DNA of 39,269 nt from IMG/VR virus record IMGVR_UViG_3300045988_084518; one strand, 5' to 3'. The notes under the pieces were generated by a model, which was given only the letters and a program-made list of their open reading frames with translations, did no database searches and had not been told where the DNA came from. This stretch comes from a virus. Both the position numbers and the translations under genes were made by a program. Below are positions 18,323 to 26,023 of this stretch, in pieces; position 1 is the first letter of the stretch, and the number at the start of each line of letters is the position of its first letter.

Positions 18323-19024
18323 TTAATTTTTTAATTCCCCCCGGAGTGCAGCTTGATACAGCTTTTCAAAGTCTTTGTCCGACATCTTCATGTAGTCGGC
18401 TTCGGTTTCGGGGCTTTCGCCCGTCAGTGCTCCGGGAGATGCTTGTGCGTTGTTGTTGATTCTTCGGAGCGTGTCTTCCTTTGCCTTGTTTGCAGCATCG
18501 TTGGCGAGGTCAAAATAGCTGTTCGCCAAAATTGTGTTGAACGCTGCATCCACGCTGCAGGGCGTCCCCTGCTGGGTGCAGTAGTCCATCAATTCAACCA
18601 CTTGGTCTTTGAGCTTTGTGAATGTCTGCCCTCTTACAGGGTCAGCCTCCAGCTCTCTCATGCGCTCATTGCTCCGCAGGCGGGCAATCTCCGCTTCCAA
18701 GGATTGGTTTCGGTAAGCTGATACGGGGTCGGTTTGGCCGTCCTCGTCCAGCCGCTGCATCGCAACAAAGGCTTCATACTCCGCCTTTGTGGTGATGGGT
18801 CTGTCATTGTCATAATGATTGGTCAGGCCCATGCTGCGTACAAAGTCGTCCACGCTCTTTTGGGATGCTTCTTTGATTCTCCGTGACACACGCTGTGTCT
18901 CGGTCGGTTCTTCCTGTACTGCAGGTTCTTCCTGCTCGACAGGCTCGGTTTCCTCTACTGCGGGAGAGGAGTCGATATCTTCAACGATATCTTCATTAGC
19001 AGCAGTCATGATTTCTTCGTCCAT
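18323..19024 (-). CDS. Scaffolding protein (233 aa)
   Basis: Very acidic N-terminus and a helical middle. Position between the portal and capsid genes. Confidence 0.6.
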   Translation of the reverse strand: MDEEIMTAANEDIVEDIDSSPAVEETEPVEQEEPAVQEEPTETQRVSRRIKEASQKSVDDFVRSMGLTNHYDNDRPITTKAEYEAFVAMQRLDEDGQTDPVSAYRNQSLEAEIARLRSNERMRELEADPVRGQTFTKLKDQVVELMDYCTQQGTPCSVDAAFNTILANSYFDLANDAANKAKEDTLRRINNNAQASPGALTGESPETEADYMKMSDKDFEKLYQAALRGELKN

Positions 19025-19081
19025 AAATTCCTTTCTGTGGCGAGGTTCGGTTTGTTCCGTTTAGCAGCCACTTAAAATTGG

Positions 19082-19258
19082 TTATCCCTCCAAGGGGTTG
19101 GTCACATAGGTCGGTGTCCTGTTGGTGCATTTGGGGTTCTTGCACTCCAGCTGCAGCTTGATAAACGCTTTTGTCTCTGTGTTTGGGGAGGTATCCCCGG
19201 TGAATGTAAGGTATTTGCCGGTGATTCTCATTTCGGCTTTACAGTTTGGGCACAGCAT
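19082..19258 (-). CDS. Small zinc-ribbon protein (58 aa)
   Basis: Start moved to ATG 19258 (GGAGGTGG upstream). Contains CPNC...C..PKC. Confidence 0.45.
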   Translation of the reverse strand: MLCPNCKAEMRITGKYLTFTGDTSPNTETKAFIKLQLECKNPKCTNRTPTYVTNPLEG

Positions 19259-20942
19259 TGTTGCCACCTCCTGTGAACTTGTCCATGACGGTCGGGGCCT
19301 TCGGCACATCCGGCAGCGGAACTCCGCCAATGCCGGAAACGCTCTGTACGCCGTTCACTTCTTCCTCCGGAACGCCAGGCATGCCCACCGCTTGCGGCTG
19401 GGTTTCCCGCATTCGCTTGAACTTCTCCTTAAACGGGGCTACATTCGGGTCGGACAGCTCAATGTACTGGTCGATGGTTATATCCCCTCTGTCAAGCATC
19501 TTGTCCAAGGTGGCCTGTGCCAGCACCGCAGAATACTCGGAGGAAGCGCCGACATCCACCTGCAGGTCAAAGTCGTACATGGCGTAGTCCGTACCCGTAA
19601 ACGCTCTGCCGGATACCTCGTCCCCCATCTCGATGACGATTTCCCGCTTGTCGGAGCAGTATGTTTTGAAAAACTCCATCCAAATGCGACCGATCTCTTT
19701 TACTGCGTGCCAGTATCTACGCTGGATCTCGTTGACCGGGGTCTGCGCTTGGTTTTGCAGGGCGATGATTGCGGAGGCCGCCATGTTTGCACCCAAGGAC
19801 TCGCCGGTCGTTACCTCGGTCGTACCGGTTACTACGCGAGTCAGGTCGATCATGTCGTTGCTGACCTGCGTGGCAGCAGACGAAAACGCCGGAGGCTGCA
19901 GGTACGATATCCCGCCGTTGGAGTAGTCGGTGACGATCTCCCCCGGTTCGTTGGTCAGCGGCTGTCTGATTGCACCCGGCTTTGCCACGATCTTCGGGAA
20001 GCCCATCTGCTGGATGGCCAGCGCCTGCATCCCGTACATAAAATTGATGAGCTTTTGGTTGGGGATAAGCCCCTCGATCTCTCCGATGCCGTAAAAACAG
20101 GCTTTCCGCAGTTTCCAGTTGAGCGCCGCCACAGGGTACAGCTTGATGCGGACGGGGCTGCCCTGCGGGGTAAGCGGTACTGCTTTGCATATCTCCACGC
20201 TGCGGGTCGCTTTATCAAACACGACCTCTCCGTTCTTGCGGTAATACTTGGTCAGCACCGTGACCTTTTCGTTTTCCTTGCCGTCCAGCTCGATTCTCTC
20301 GGCCTGATAGGTGCTTGCGTCCTCAAACTCGTCGGGGCAGATATTTGCCACCTTTTCCGCAGGCAATCCCCTGTCCTTGGCCATCTTGCGTACAGCGCCC
20401 AATTTGAGCCGCTGGGCGATGATGAGGTAGTCCTGTTTCTGCACATCCCGGAGCTGCGGGTTGGCTACAAAAAAATTGAGAGCATCCACGGTTTCCCCGC
20501 GAAGCTCCCCCACATATTTGTCGCCTGTTACGCTGGTGTCCCAGTAAAAGTGCCATATGCCTGTGCCGTTGGTCGCTGCATCGTCACACGCCTCGTTGCA
20601 CAGTTTGTCCATGTCAGCCCTGTCCCAGATCGTCCGTGCGTACTCGGTGCAGTTCTCGGCGGCGTCCTGATGCATCTGGTCAAGGATTTCGTCACCGCTG
20701 GCGCTGCCCTGTCTGTAGACGATGCTGACAGGCTGGTCAAGCACGCTGGAGCGCTTGCTGCGGACGATCATGTCAACGATGTTAAGGACGGGTCTCGGCA
20801 GGTTTTTGGTGCGCTCTGTCGCTTGTGGCCACTGGTCGCCCTCCTTAAATCGCACAAAGGTCGGGAATTTGGTGCTAAAGCCCATCTTGTTGTGGTACGC
20901 TACACCCTCTCGGTATAGCGTCCACAGGGTTACATCACTCAT
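19239..20942 (-). CDS. Portal protein (567 aa)
   Basis: Size and position after terL. ATG 20942 has GGAGG 6 nt upstream. The alternative ATG 20990 would overlap the small coupled ORF. Confidence 0.7.
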   Translation of the reverse strand: MSDVTLWTLYREGVAYHNKMGFSTKFPTFVRFKEGDQWPQATERTKNLPRPVLNIVDMIVRSKRSSVLDQPVSIVYRQGSASGDEILDQMHQDAAENCTEYARTIWDRADMDKLCNEACDDAATNGTGIWHFYWDTSVTGDKYVGELRGETVDALNFFVANPQLRDVQKQDYLIIAQRLKLGAVRKMAKDRGLPAEKVANICPDEFEDASTYQAERIELDGKENEKVTVLTKYYRKNGEVVFDKATRSVEICKAVPLTPQGSPVRIKLYPVAALNWKLRKACFYGIGEIEGLIPNQKLINFMYGMQALAIQQMGFPKIVAKPGAIRQPLTNEPGEIVTDYSNGGISYLQPPAFSSAATQVSNDMIDLTRVVTGTTEVTTGESLGANMAASAIIALQNQAQTPVNEIQRRYWHAVKEIGRIWMEFFKTYCSDKREIVIEMGDEVSGRAFTGTDYAMYDFDLQVDVGASSEYSAVLAQATLDKMLDRGDITIDQYIELSDPNVAPFKEKFKRMRETQPQAVGMPGVPEEEVNGVQSVSGIGGVPLPDVPKAPTVMDKFTGGGNNAVPKL

Positions 20943-20943
20943 A

Positions 20944-21060
20944 TCAATCCTCCGGGCCGTTAAGCCACTCGTTGAATATCTTGGTTGCATACTGCTCCTG
21001 CGCCGTTTGGTCGTCCCCTAACGCCCACAGGATCAGGCGTTTGAGCCATCGTCTTACCAT
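20944..21060 (-). CDS. Possible 38-aa ORF between terL and the portal gene
   Basis: ATG 21060 overlaps the terL stop (ATGGTAA), with AAGGAGGG 8 nt upstream. Its stop lies 1 nt before portal ATG 20942. Translates to MVRRWLKRLILWALGDDQTAQEQYATKIFNEWLNGPED. Confidence 0.3.
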   Translation of the reverse strand: MVRRWLKRLILWALGDDQTAQEQYATKIFNEWLNGPED

Positions 21061-22397
21061 ACCTGATACCCTCCTTGTTCTTCGGTCTGCCGCAGCTCCG
21101 GCGGCAGCTTGTACTTTGTAACCGGCGGCTGTCCCGCATACGGTCTCCCGCTGCAAAAATACCTGATTGCATCAGGTGCATGGGTCAGCTCGTGCGGCTC
21201 TGTCGCTACATCGTTAGGCTTGTGGTCATCATACTGGACCATCGGCAAACAGCGGATGACCTGCTTACAGTTGCGGAAAAACCGAAGCCCTGCGATCCTC
21301 GTCTTGTCGCCGGTTATGATATCTCTGCTGTCCCTCGGCTTGAGCCACTCATGTACATCCTGCCATCCGTTGATGCGGTCGTTGTCCACCTTGACCAGCG
21401 GAATGTCCTGCTCCATAAATATATCTGCTACGCTGCGGCCTGTGTCGTTACGCCTGTTCCACAGGTCGGGCGGCGCAAGCCATTGCTCGATCTTATCGTC
21501 CCCGTTGGCCTCCTTGATCCGCATGGCGGCATCCGATGCAATCAGCCCTGACTCGTATATCTCTCGGTACACATAGCCGTTGCCCTCGCCGTCAATGGCA
21601 ATCCAGTATCCGGCCAACATATCAAGGCCGTAGTCCATCGCAAAGTAGCGTCTCCACCAGTCAGGTATCTCGATGGGGTCTATCACATGGATATCGTCAC
21701 GCCACTCGGCAAAATACTGACCTGCAAACACATTCCAGTCGCCGTCCAGCCATGCTCTCCGCATATCCTCCGGCAGCGTCTCCAGCATCCGTACATATTC
21801 CGGGTCCTTATCAACCAATACCGTGTTGTCGTATACCTTTGCAGGGATAAACTCGTAGTCATCGGGGTTTTCCGCCGCCGTATAGTCACGGTCGATAAAC
21901 AGGCGCTTGACCCACGCATGGCCGACTCCGCCGGGGTTACAAGTCAAATACATCCGATGGGGGAAGTCGTTGGCTCCACGGTTACTGGCCACAAGGTTGT
22001 TGTACATAAACTCGGTAAACTGTGTCGCCTCGTCCAAAAACATTATGTCGTACTCCTGCCCCTGGTACTGCAATACATCAGCCTCGGCGGCGCAGTATCC
22101 AAACCAGATACGACTGCCGTTTGGAAATATCATCGCCTTTTCGGAGTCCCGATAGGTTGCTATGTCGGGTTCTAAAACCTTGCGCAGCTCCAGCACATGG
22201 TTTCGCCACAAATCTCCGTATGTCCGGCGCAGGATCAGTATCTTGATGCCGGCATAATTAACGGCAAGCATGGTGGCCTTGGCTCTCACCACCCAGCTCT
22301 TACCGCCGCCTCTGGCACCTCCGTAACACACCCTGCGCTTTTCCGACAGCAGAAATTGCTCCTGTTTTGGATTTGGTGCGCCTAAATTAACCGTCAT
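21054..22397 (-). CDS. terL: Terminase large subunit
   Basis: Walker A motif CYGGARGGGKSW, MFLDEATQF (Walker B-like) and a C-terminal nuclease-type region. ATGA overlap with the upstream small subunit. Confidence 0.9.
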   Translation of the reverse strand: MTVNLGAPNPKQEQFLLSEKRRVCYGGARGGGKSWVVRAKATMLAVNYAGIKILILRRTYGDLWRNHVLELRKVLEPDIATYRDSEKAMIFPNGSRIWFGYCAAEADVLQYQGQEYDIMFLDEATQFTEFMYNNLVASNRGANDFPHRMYLTCNPGGVGHAWVKRLFIDRDYTAAENPDDYEFIPAKVYDNTVLVDKDPEYVRMLETLPEDMRRAWLDGDWNVFAGQYFAEWRDDIHVIDPIEIPDWWRRYFAMDYGLDMLAGYWIAIDGEGNGYVYREIYESGLIASDAAMRIKEANGDDKIEQWLAPPDLWNRRNDTGRSVADIFMEQDIPLVKVDNDRINGWQDVHEWLKPRDSRDIITGDKTRIAGLRFFRNCKQVIRCLPMVQYDDHKPNDVATEPHELTHAPDAIRYFCSGRPYAGQPPVTKYKLPPELRQTEEQGGYQVW

Positions 22398-22717
22398 TTG
22401 GCATACTCCTTGCCATTGCCCAGAACAATCTCGATTTTGGGTATCTCGCCGCCCAGATCAATCGGCTGATTGGCCTTTCCGTATACTCTATCTAATACGG
22501 TTTCAGCGCACTTTACCCTCGTTTCTGTTTTCTCATTGCTGTTGTTAAGGGTATCCACCAGCAGCTTAACTGCCGCAGGAGTCGCCGCTTTGAGCATCGC
22601 TCTGGCGTCTTCGGGGATTTTCGGTCTGCCGTTTGGGTTCCGGCACTCGCCTTTTTTGGCCGGCTTCAGATTTTCCCACCCTTTGTTGTACCCTTTTTTA
22701 CTTTTGGTATCTGCCAT
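22394..22717 (-). CDS. terS: Putative terminase small subunit (107 aa)
   Basis: Start at ATG 22717 (GGAGGTG 6 nt upstream). Basic N-terminus with NPNGRPK and LDRVYGK motifs. Position upstream of terL. Confidence 0.55.
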   Translation of the reverse strand: MADTKSKKGYNKGWENLKPAKKGECRNPNGRPKIPEDARAMLKAATPAAVKLLVDTLNNSNEKTETRVKCAETVLDRVYGKANQPIDLGGEIPKIEIVLGNGKEYAK

Positions 22718-22789
22718 CTTCGGCACCTCCTTTCCGTTTTTCCCGCCCTATCCCTCCCGGTGTCTACTATGCCGGGCTACCATATCTTA

Positions 22790-23623
22790 TCACCACACAA
22801 CCGTGATACGCTTATCGCCGTGCTTATTGCACCCTAACAGCAATGTCTGTGGCTGCTCTGCATCGCTCTCTGCGCTGGGGAGTAGCATCTTGCGTGCTGC
22901 GTAACCGCCGTAATGCTGCCATGCTGTGCAACTTACCACTACCAATTGCTTTGTAGTCACCTTGTTGTTTTTGCTGTCCACCACGATCTTTTTGGGCTTG
23001 GATACCGTCCCCTTGTGGGTATGGCCTACTATCAATGCATCAATGCCCTCGATCGTGTTTGCAAACCGCTCGTTGCGATTGACTGTTGCGCCTGTATATA
23101 TTCCGCCGCCGGAGCCGTGTGTTACGGCCATCGTGTAGGTCACCAGCGATGAGTCCCTGTTGGTGCGTGTCCCAAGCTGTAGCTTGACAAATGCCACATC
23201 CTCTGCATATCTGTCCTCCAAGTCCAGCTTGCACATGATGTCGCCCATGATATCCTGGTCGGTGTCCTTAACCGTCCTTGCCTCGTGGTTGCCGGATACT
23301 GCGCACAGGATTTTGTTTTTGATCGGTGTCAGCATCTCCACCATCAGCTTTTTTTGCTCCCTCGGTCGCAGATAGTCCTCAAACGGGCTGCCTGCGGCAT
23401 GGCGGGTGTTGTTATTGATTAAATCCCCGCCGAGGATCACATAGGCATCCTCTGCTTCCACACGGCGGCAGAAGTTTTCCCACCCAACTTTGTCATGCAG
23501 GATGCTCCCAAGATGCACATCCGATACGGGATATATCTTTGCGGCCTTTCCCGGCAGCCTGTGGCATATCAAATCCAATGGTTTTACCTCCTTCTGTGCA
23601 ATATGCTGTATTTTCCGTTTCAT
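22790..23623 (-). CDS. Calcineurin-like metallophosphoesterase
   Basis: Ordered motifs DVHLG, GGDLIN, GNHE and GHTH. ATG 23623 lacks an SD; the alternative TTG 23578 has AAGGAGGT 7 nt upstream. Confidence 0.8.
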   Translation of the reverse strand: MKRKIQHIAQKEVKPLDLICHRLPGKAAKIYPVSDVHLGSILHDKVGWENFCRRVEAEDAYVILGGDLINNNTRHAAGSPFEDYLRPREQKKLMVEMLTPIKNKILCAVSGNHEARTVKDTDQDIMGDIMCKLDLEDRYAEDVAFVKLQLGTRTNRDSSLVTYTMAVTHGSGGGIYTGATVNRNERFANTIEGIDALIVGHTHKGTVSKPKKIVVDSKNNKVTTKQLVVVSCTAWQHYGGYAARKMLLPSAESDAEQPQTLLLGCNKHGDKRITVVW

Positions 23624-23638
23624 ATTTGTGAATGTTTA

Positions 23639-23667
23639 TATATAAAAACTATTTACATACCGCACAA
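23639..23667 (-). promoter_or_regulatory. Candidate promoter for the late operon (TTGTGC-17-TATATA)
   Basis: -35 at 23667->23662 and -10 at 23644->23639, read on the minus strand. It overlaps the divergent plus-strand promoter. Confidence 0.4.
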
Positions 23668-23680
23668 TGTGTGGTACAAT
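23652..23680 (+). promoter_or_regulatory. Sigma-A-type promoter of the plus-strand island (TTTACA-17-TACAAT with TGn extension)
   Basis: -35 at 23652-57, a 17-nt spacer, TGg at 23672-74 and -10 at 23675-80, about 60 nt upstream of ATG 23740. Confidence 0.6.
23658..23676. promoter_or_regulatory. Operator-like inverted repeat TACCGCACA-A-TGTGTGGTA
   Basis: 8 of 9 positions pair between the arms. The repeat occupies the spacer of the plus promoter and covers the -35 of the minus promoter. Confidence 0.5.
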
Positions 23681-23739
23681 AAAGACAGTAAGAGGGCAGC
23701 AGCCCAGACCGAGACCGCCCAGCAGCGCAGGAGGATAAT

Positions 23740-24303
23740 ATGAAAATGACAGCGCAGGAGCTTATCAAAGAGTACGACATCTATCTGGCCACCGAATATG
23801 TAGCGGGCAAGGAAGTCGTCACCGGCAATCTTCGCATCGCCAGAGGCGACATAGCTAACCGCCGGGGCGATATCGCCACCATCCGTGATGCAAAGCAGGA
23901 GATCATCGATATCCTGATGGCAGAGCGGGATGCGGCTCAAAAGGCCATCAAGGACCGTGCAGACAAAGTCAATGCGATCCCCGGCCTCGCCGAGATTCTC
24001 GCCGCAAAGCAAGACCTCGCAAACTGGAATCACGAGTTTATGTCCAGCTTCGATGGGGAGGGTGGCGGCGGCGTAGGGGTTCGGGAGAAGCCCAATTACG
24101 ATTTCCCAGCGATGCTCGCCAAGTACCCCAAGGCAAATGCTTACCTGCAGGCAAAGGACTTTGCAGACTCCGACAACATCGCAAAGTCTGAAGCAGGCCA
24201 AAAGGCGCTGGATGCCATCATCAATGGTGATGATTACAACGCAGCAATCGTGACCATGGAGGCCGAGTGGAGCGAGTATTGCACCAAGCACCTTTGGGAT
24301 TAA
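23740..24303 (+). CDS. Hypothetical acidic protein (187 aa), first gene of the plus-strand island
   Basis: GGAGG RBS. Normal amino-acid composition, unlike the Cys/Leu-rich antisense ORF. No recognisable motif. Confidence 0.6.
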   Translation: MKMTAQELIKEYDIYLATEYVAGKEVVTGNLRIARGDIANRRGDIATIRDAKQEIIDILMAERDAAQKAIKDRADKVNAIPGLAEILAAKQDLANWNHEFMSSFDGEGGGGVGVREKPNYDFPAMLAKYPKANAYLQAKDFADSDNIAKSEAGQKALDAIINGDDYNAAIVTMEAEWSEYCTKHLWD

Positions 24304-24315
24304 CCGACCTAATAC

Positions 24316-24331
24316 CCCCGCTTCGGCGGGG
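24316..24331 (+). other. Intergenic GC hairpin with a UUCG tetraloop (copy 1)
   Basis: CCCCGC-TTCG-GCGGGG, located 13 nt after the stop codon. No U-tract follows. Confidence 0.6.
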
Positions 24332-24362
24332 AAACAACCAAAAACACAGGAGGATATATATC

Positions 24363-24584
24363 ATGACAAAGTATGTAAAAACCATCTGGTACGCTGTTAT
24401 GCGAGATCTCGACGATCAGGACTGGGGCACCGGCAGTACCCGCAAGCGTGAGGCCATCGCCATGCGAAACAGGATGCGCAGAGATGGGGACAAGGACGCC
24501 TACATCGTAGTGATCGAGGAGCTGCGAGTCGGCTCCCGCAATGGCCCTGTGCAGGACGCTGTGGCCATCGGCGGCGTCGAGTAA
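24363..24584 (+). CDS. Hypothetical small protein (73 aa)
   Basis: Start at ATG 24363 (GGAGG upstream). Sequence begins MTKYVKTIWYAVMRDLDDQDWGTGS... No recognised domain. Confidence 0.55.
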   Translation: MTKYVKTIWYAVMRDLDDQDWGTGSTRKREAIAMRNRMRRDGDKDAYIVVIEELRVGSRNGPVQDAVAIGGVE

Positions 24585-24590
24585 TCAACA

Positions 24591-24610
24591 TCCCCCGCTT
24601 CGGCGGGGGA
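24591..24610 (+). other. Intergenic GC hairpin with a UUCG tetraloop (copy 2)
   Basis: TCCCCCGC-TTCG-GCGGGGGA, located 7 nt after the stop codon. Nearly identical to copy 1, including the flanking AAAC. Confidence 0.6.
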
Positions 24611-24633
24611 AACCCCATGCCAAGGAGGACATT

Positions 24634-24966
24634 ATGAATATCTATCAAACCATCTGCGAGGACGCACTTGCAAGCCATGGGCGTGACGCATTTGTCAGCG
24701 GCTGGGCCATGTCCGGCGCATTTGAGGGGGGCCCAGATCAGGAGCGCATCGAGATGGTAGGTGCCATCTATGATGCTATGCATCGCAGCGTCAAGGACAT
24801 CGCATCCGCAGCCGGGATGAGCCAGCGCAAGCTGGCCGAGCGGTTCCTGATCCCTTACCGTACCATGGAGAGCTGGTGTGGTGGACAAAGATCCTGCAAC
24901 GATTACACCCGCATCATGATGCAGCAGCTCCTTGGCCTTATGCCAACACCGGAGCAGCTACGCTAA
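24634..24966 (+). CDS. HTH DNA-binding protein (111 aa), terminal gene of the island (Aca-like position)
   Basis: Start at ATG 24634 (AAGGAGG). The C-terminal half, MSQRKLAERFLIPYRTMESWCGGQRSCNDYTRIMMQQLL, is a typical helix-turn-helix. Confidence 0.65.
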   Translation: MNIYQTICEDALASHGRDAFVSGWAMSGAFEGGPDQERIEMVGAIYDAMHRSVKDIASAAGMSQRKLAERFLIPYRTMESWCGGQRSCNDYTRIMMQQLLGLMPTPEQLR

Positions 24967-24968
24967 AC

Positions 24969-25002
24969 AAAAAAGAGCAGGCAGAAATGCTTGCTCTTTT
25001 TT
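24969..25002. terminator. Bidirectional intrinsic terminator
   Basis: 9-bp stem GAGCAGGCA-GAAA-TGCTTGCTC (24975-24996) flanked by A6 and T6. It closes the plus island and, on the other strand, the early operon/tRNA transcript. Confidence 0.8.
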
Positions 25003-25077
25003 GATCCCCATGTAAAATGCCGAAGCCAAAACTGCGGGGGAAGTTTTTTGTCAAGGAGGTTTGTCAAAAGGAGAGAA

Positions 25078-25152
25078 TGGAGCACCCGGTAGGATTTGAA
25101 CCCACAGCCAGCTGATTACAAATCAGCCGCTCTACCATTGAGCTACGGGAGC
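25078..25152 (-). tRNA. Phage-encoded tRNA-Thr (anticodon UGU), 75 nt with encoded CCA
   Basis: Manual cloverleaf: GCTCCCG-TA-GCTC-AATGGTA-GAGC-G-GCTGA-TTTGTAA-TCAGC-TGGCT-GTGGG-TTCAAAT-CCTAC-CGGGTGC-T-CCA. There is a U3:U70 mismatch in the acceptor stem. Confidence 0.85.
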
Positions 25153-25250
25153 AGGTTGCCGGGATAAGCCCGGCGTTGCTGTATGGGCTTCGCCCATTAT
25201 ATATTATAATCTATTTTCCCCTGTTTTTTGTCCCGCATTTGTCCCAAGTT

Positions 25251-25691
25251 TTACAGCTCGGTCACACCGTATCGGCAAATGGTATATCTCTTGATGGCCT
25301 CGTCCATCCTGCGGTACAGCTCCGACCTGCTGATGTGCAGCTCGTCACATAATCTGTCGATGGCATTGTACTCCCGCCGCATGACGGCCACCTCAAGTAT
25401 CCTGCGCTGCTGGTCGGTCAATATCGACAACCCACGATCCATCTGCCGCACTTGCCACTTAACCAGCTCGTGATTGACGGTTAGGTTGTCCCTATTGCAG
25501 ATGGCGTTTATGATGCGCTCCTCGGCGGTCGAGCTGCCGCCCTGTACAGGTGTGGCATCCATTTTGGGCGACCTGATGCCCTCCATTCTGTCGGTCAGCA
25601 TATCGATCTCGTCCTGCAGGCTGTCGATGGCCATCAGCTTTTCGTAATACCTGCCAAGCTCCCTCTTACAGACTTTTTTATAGTCGGTCAT
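25251..25691 (-). CDS. Sigma-70 region-4-like late transcription regulator (DUF1492/ArpU/RinA-like)
   Basis: Coiled N-terminus followed by LTDQQRRILEVAVMRREYNAIDRLCDELHISRSELYRRMDEAIKRY (sigma r4-type HTH). It is the last protein gene of the early operon. Confidence 0.6.
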   Translation of the reverse strand: MTDYKKVCKRELGRYYEKLMAIDSLQDEIDMLTDRMEGIRSPKMDATPVQGGSSTAEERIINAICNRDNLTVNHELVKWQVRQMDRGLSILTDQQRRILEVAVMRREYNAIDRLCDELHISRSELYRRMDEAIKRYTICRYGVTEL

Positions 25692-26023
25692 GTGTCACCC
25701 TCCTCCATCAGCTCTTTGTAGCTTATTCCGTTTGCAAGACCGGGGCTTTCGTTGCTGCCTGTTGCCCGGAAATGGGCCTGCGGGTGGCTGGGGTGCATAA
25801 ACTCGATCATGGCAAAATTGGCAAGGTCAACCAACCATTCTGTATTGCCTGTCTCACGGTACAGCCGCAGCCGTTCCTCTGCGCTGTCTATCGCCTTGGC
25901 CAGCTCCGGGTAGTTTTGGCTTATCCAGCCGTATTTGTAGTGAGATACAATGATACGGTTTTGCATGAGGGAGATAAAATCCTTGCTCCAATCCCGCTGG
26001 ATGATATCGGTTACATTATCCAT
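25688..26023 (-). CDS. Hypothetical helical protein (111 aa); weak resemblance to all-alpha NTP pyrophosphohydrolase-like phage proteins
   Basis: Start at ATG 26023 (GGGAGG 6 nt upstream). The HYKYGW...ERLRLYRETGNTEWLVDLANFAMIEF pattern is the only basis for the function, so that part is a low-confidence guess. Confidence 0.4.
   Translation of the reverse strand: MDNVTDIIQRDWSKDFISLMQNRIIVSHYKYGWISQNYPELAKAIDSAEERLRLYRETGNTEWLVDLANFAMIEFMHPSHPQAHFRATGSNESPGLANGISYKELMEEGDT

Noticed and set aside
19122-20918. 598-codon plus-strand ORF opposite the portal gene (similar cases: 1402-3033, 4018-5019, 15091-16116, 17168-18334)
   Set aside because: All are antisense to well-supported minus-strand genes in a GC-rich backbone. 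They have Arg/Leu/Gly/His-biased composition and no SD or coupling. They are shadow ORFs.
23653-24291. 212-codon minus-strand ORF opposite the first island gene
   Set aside because: It is Cys/Leu/Val-rich with no RBS. The plus-strand frame has a GGAGG RBS, a promoter and normal composition, so the plus frame was chosen.
25040-25080. Tandem TTGTCAA(G/A)(G/A)GAG repeats with SD-like AAGGAGG and an ATG at 25077
   Set aside because: The ATG opens only a 12-codon frame antisense to the tRNA. TTGTCAA occurs at about the chance frequency elsewhere. Possibly leftover sequence, with no supportable function.
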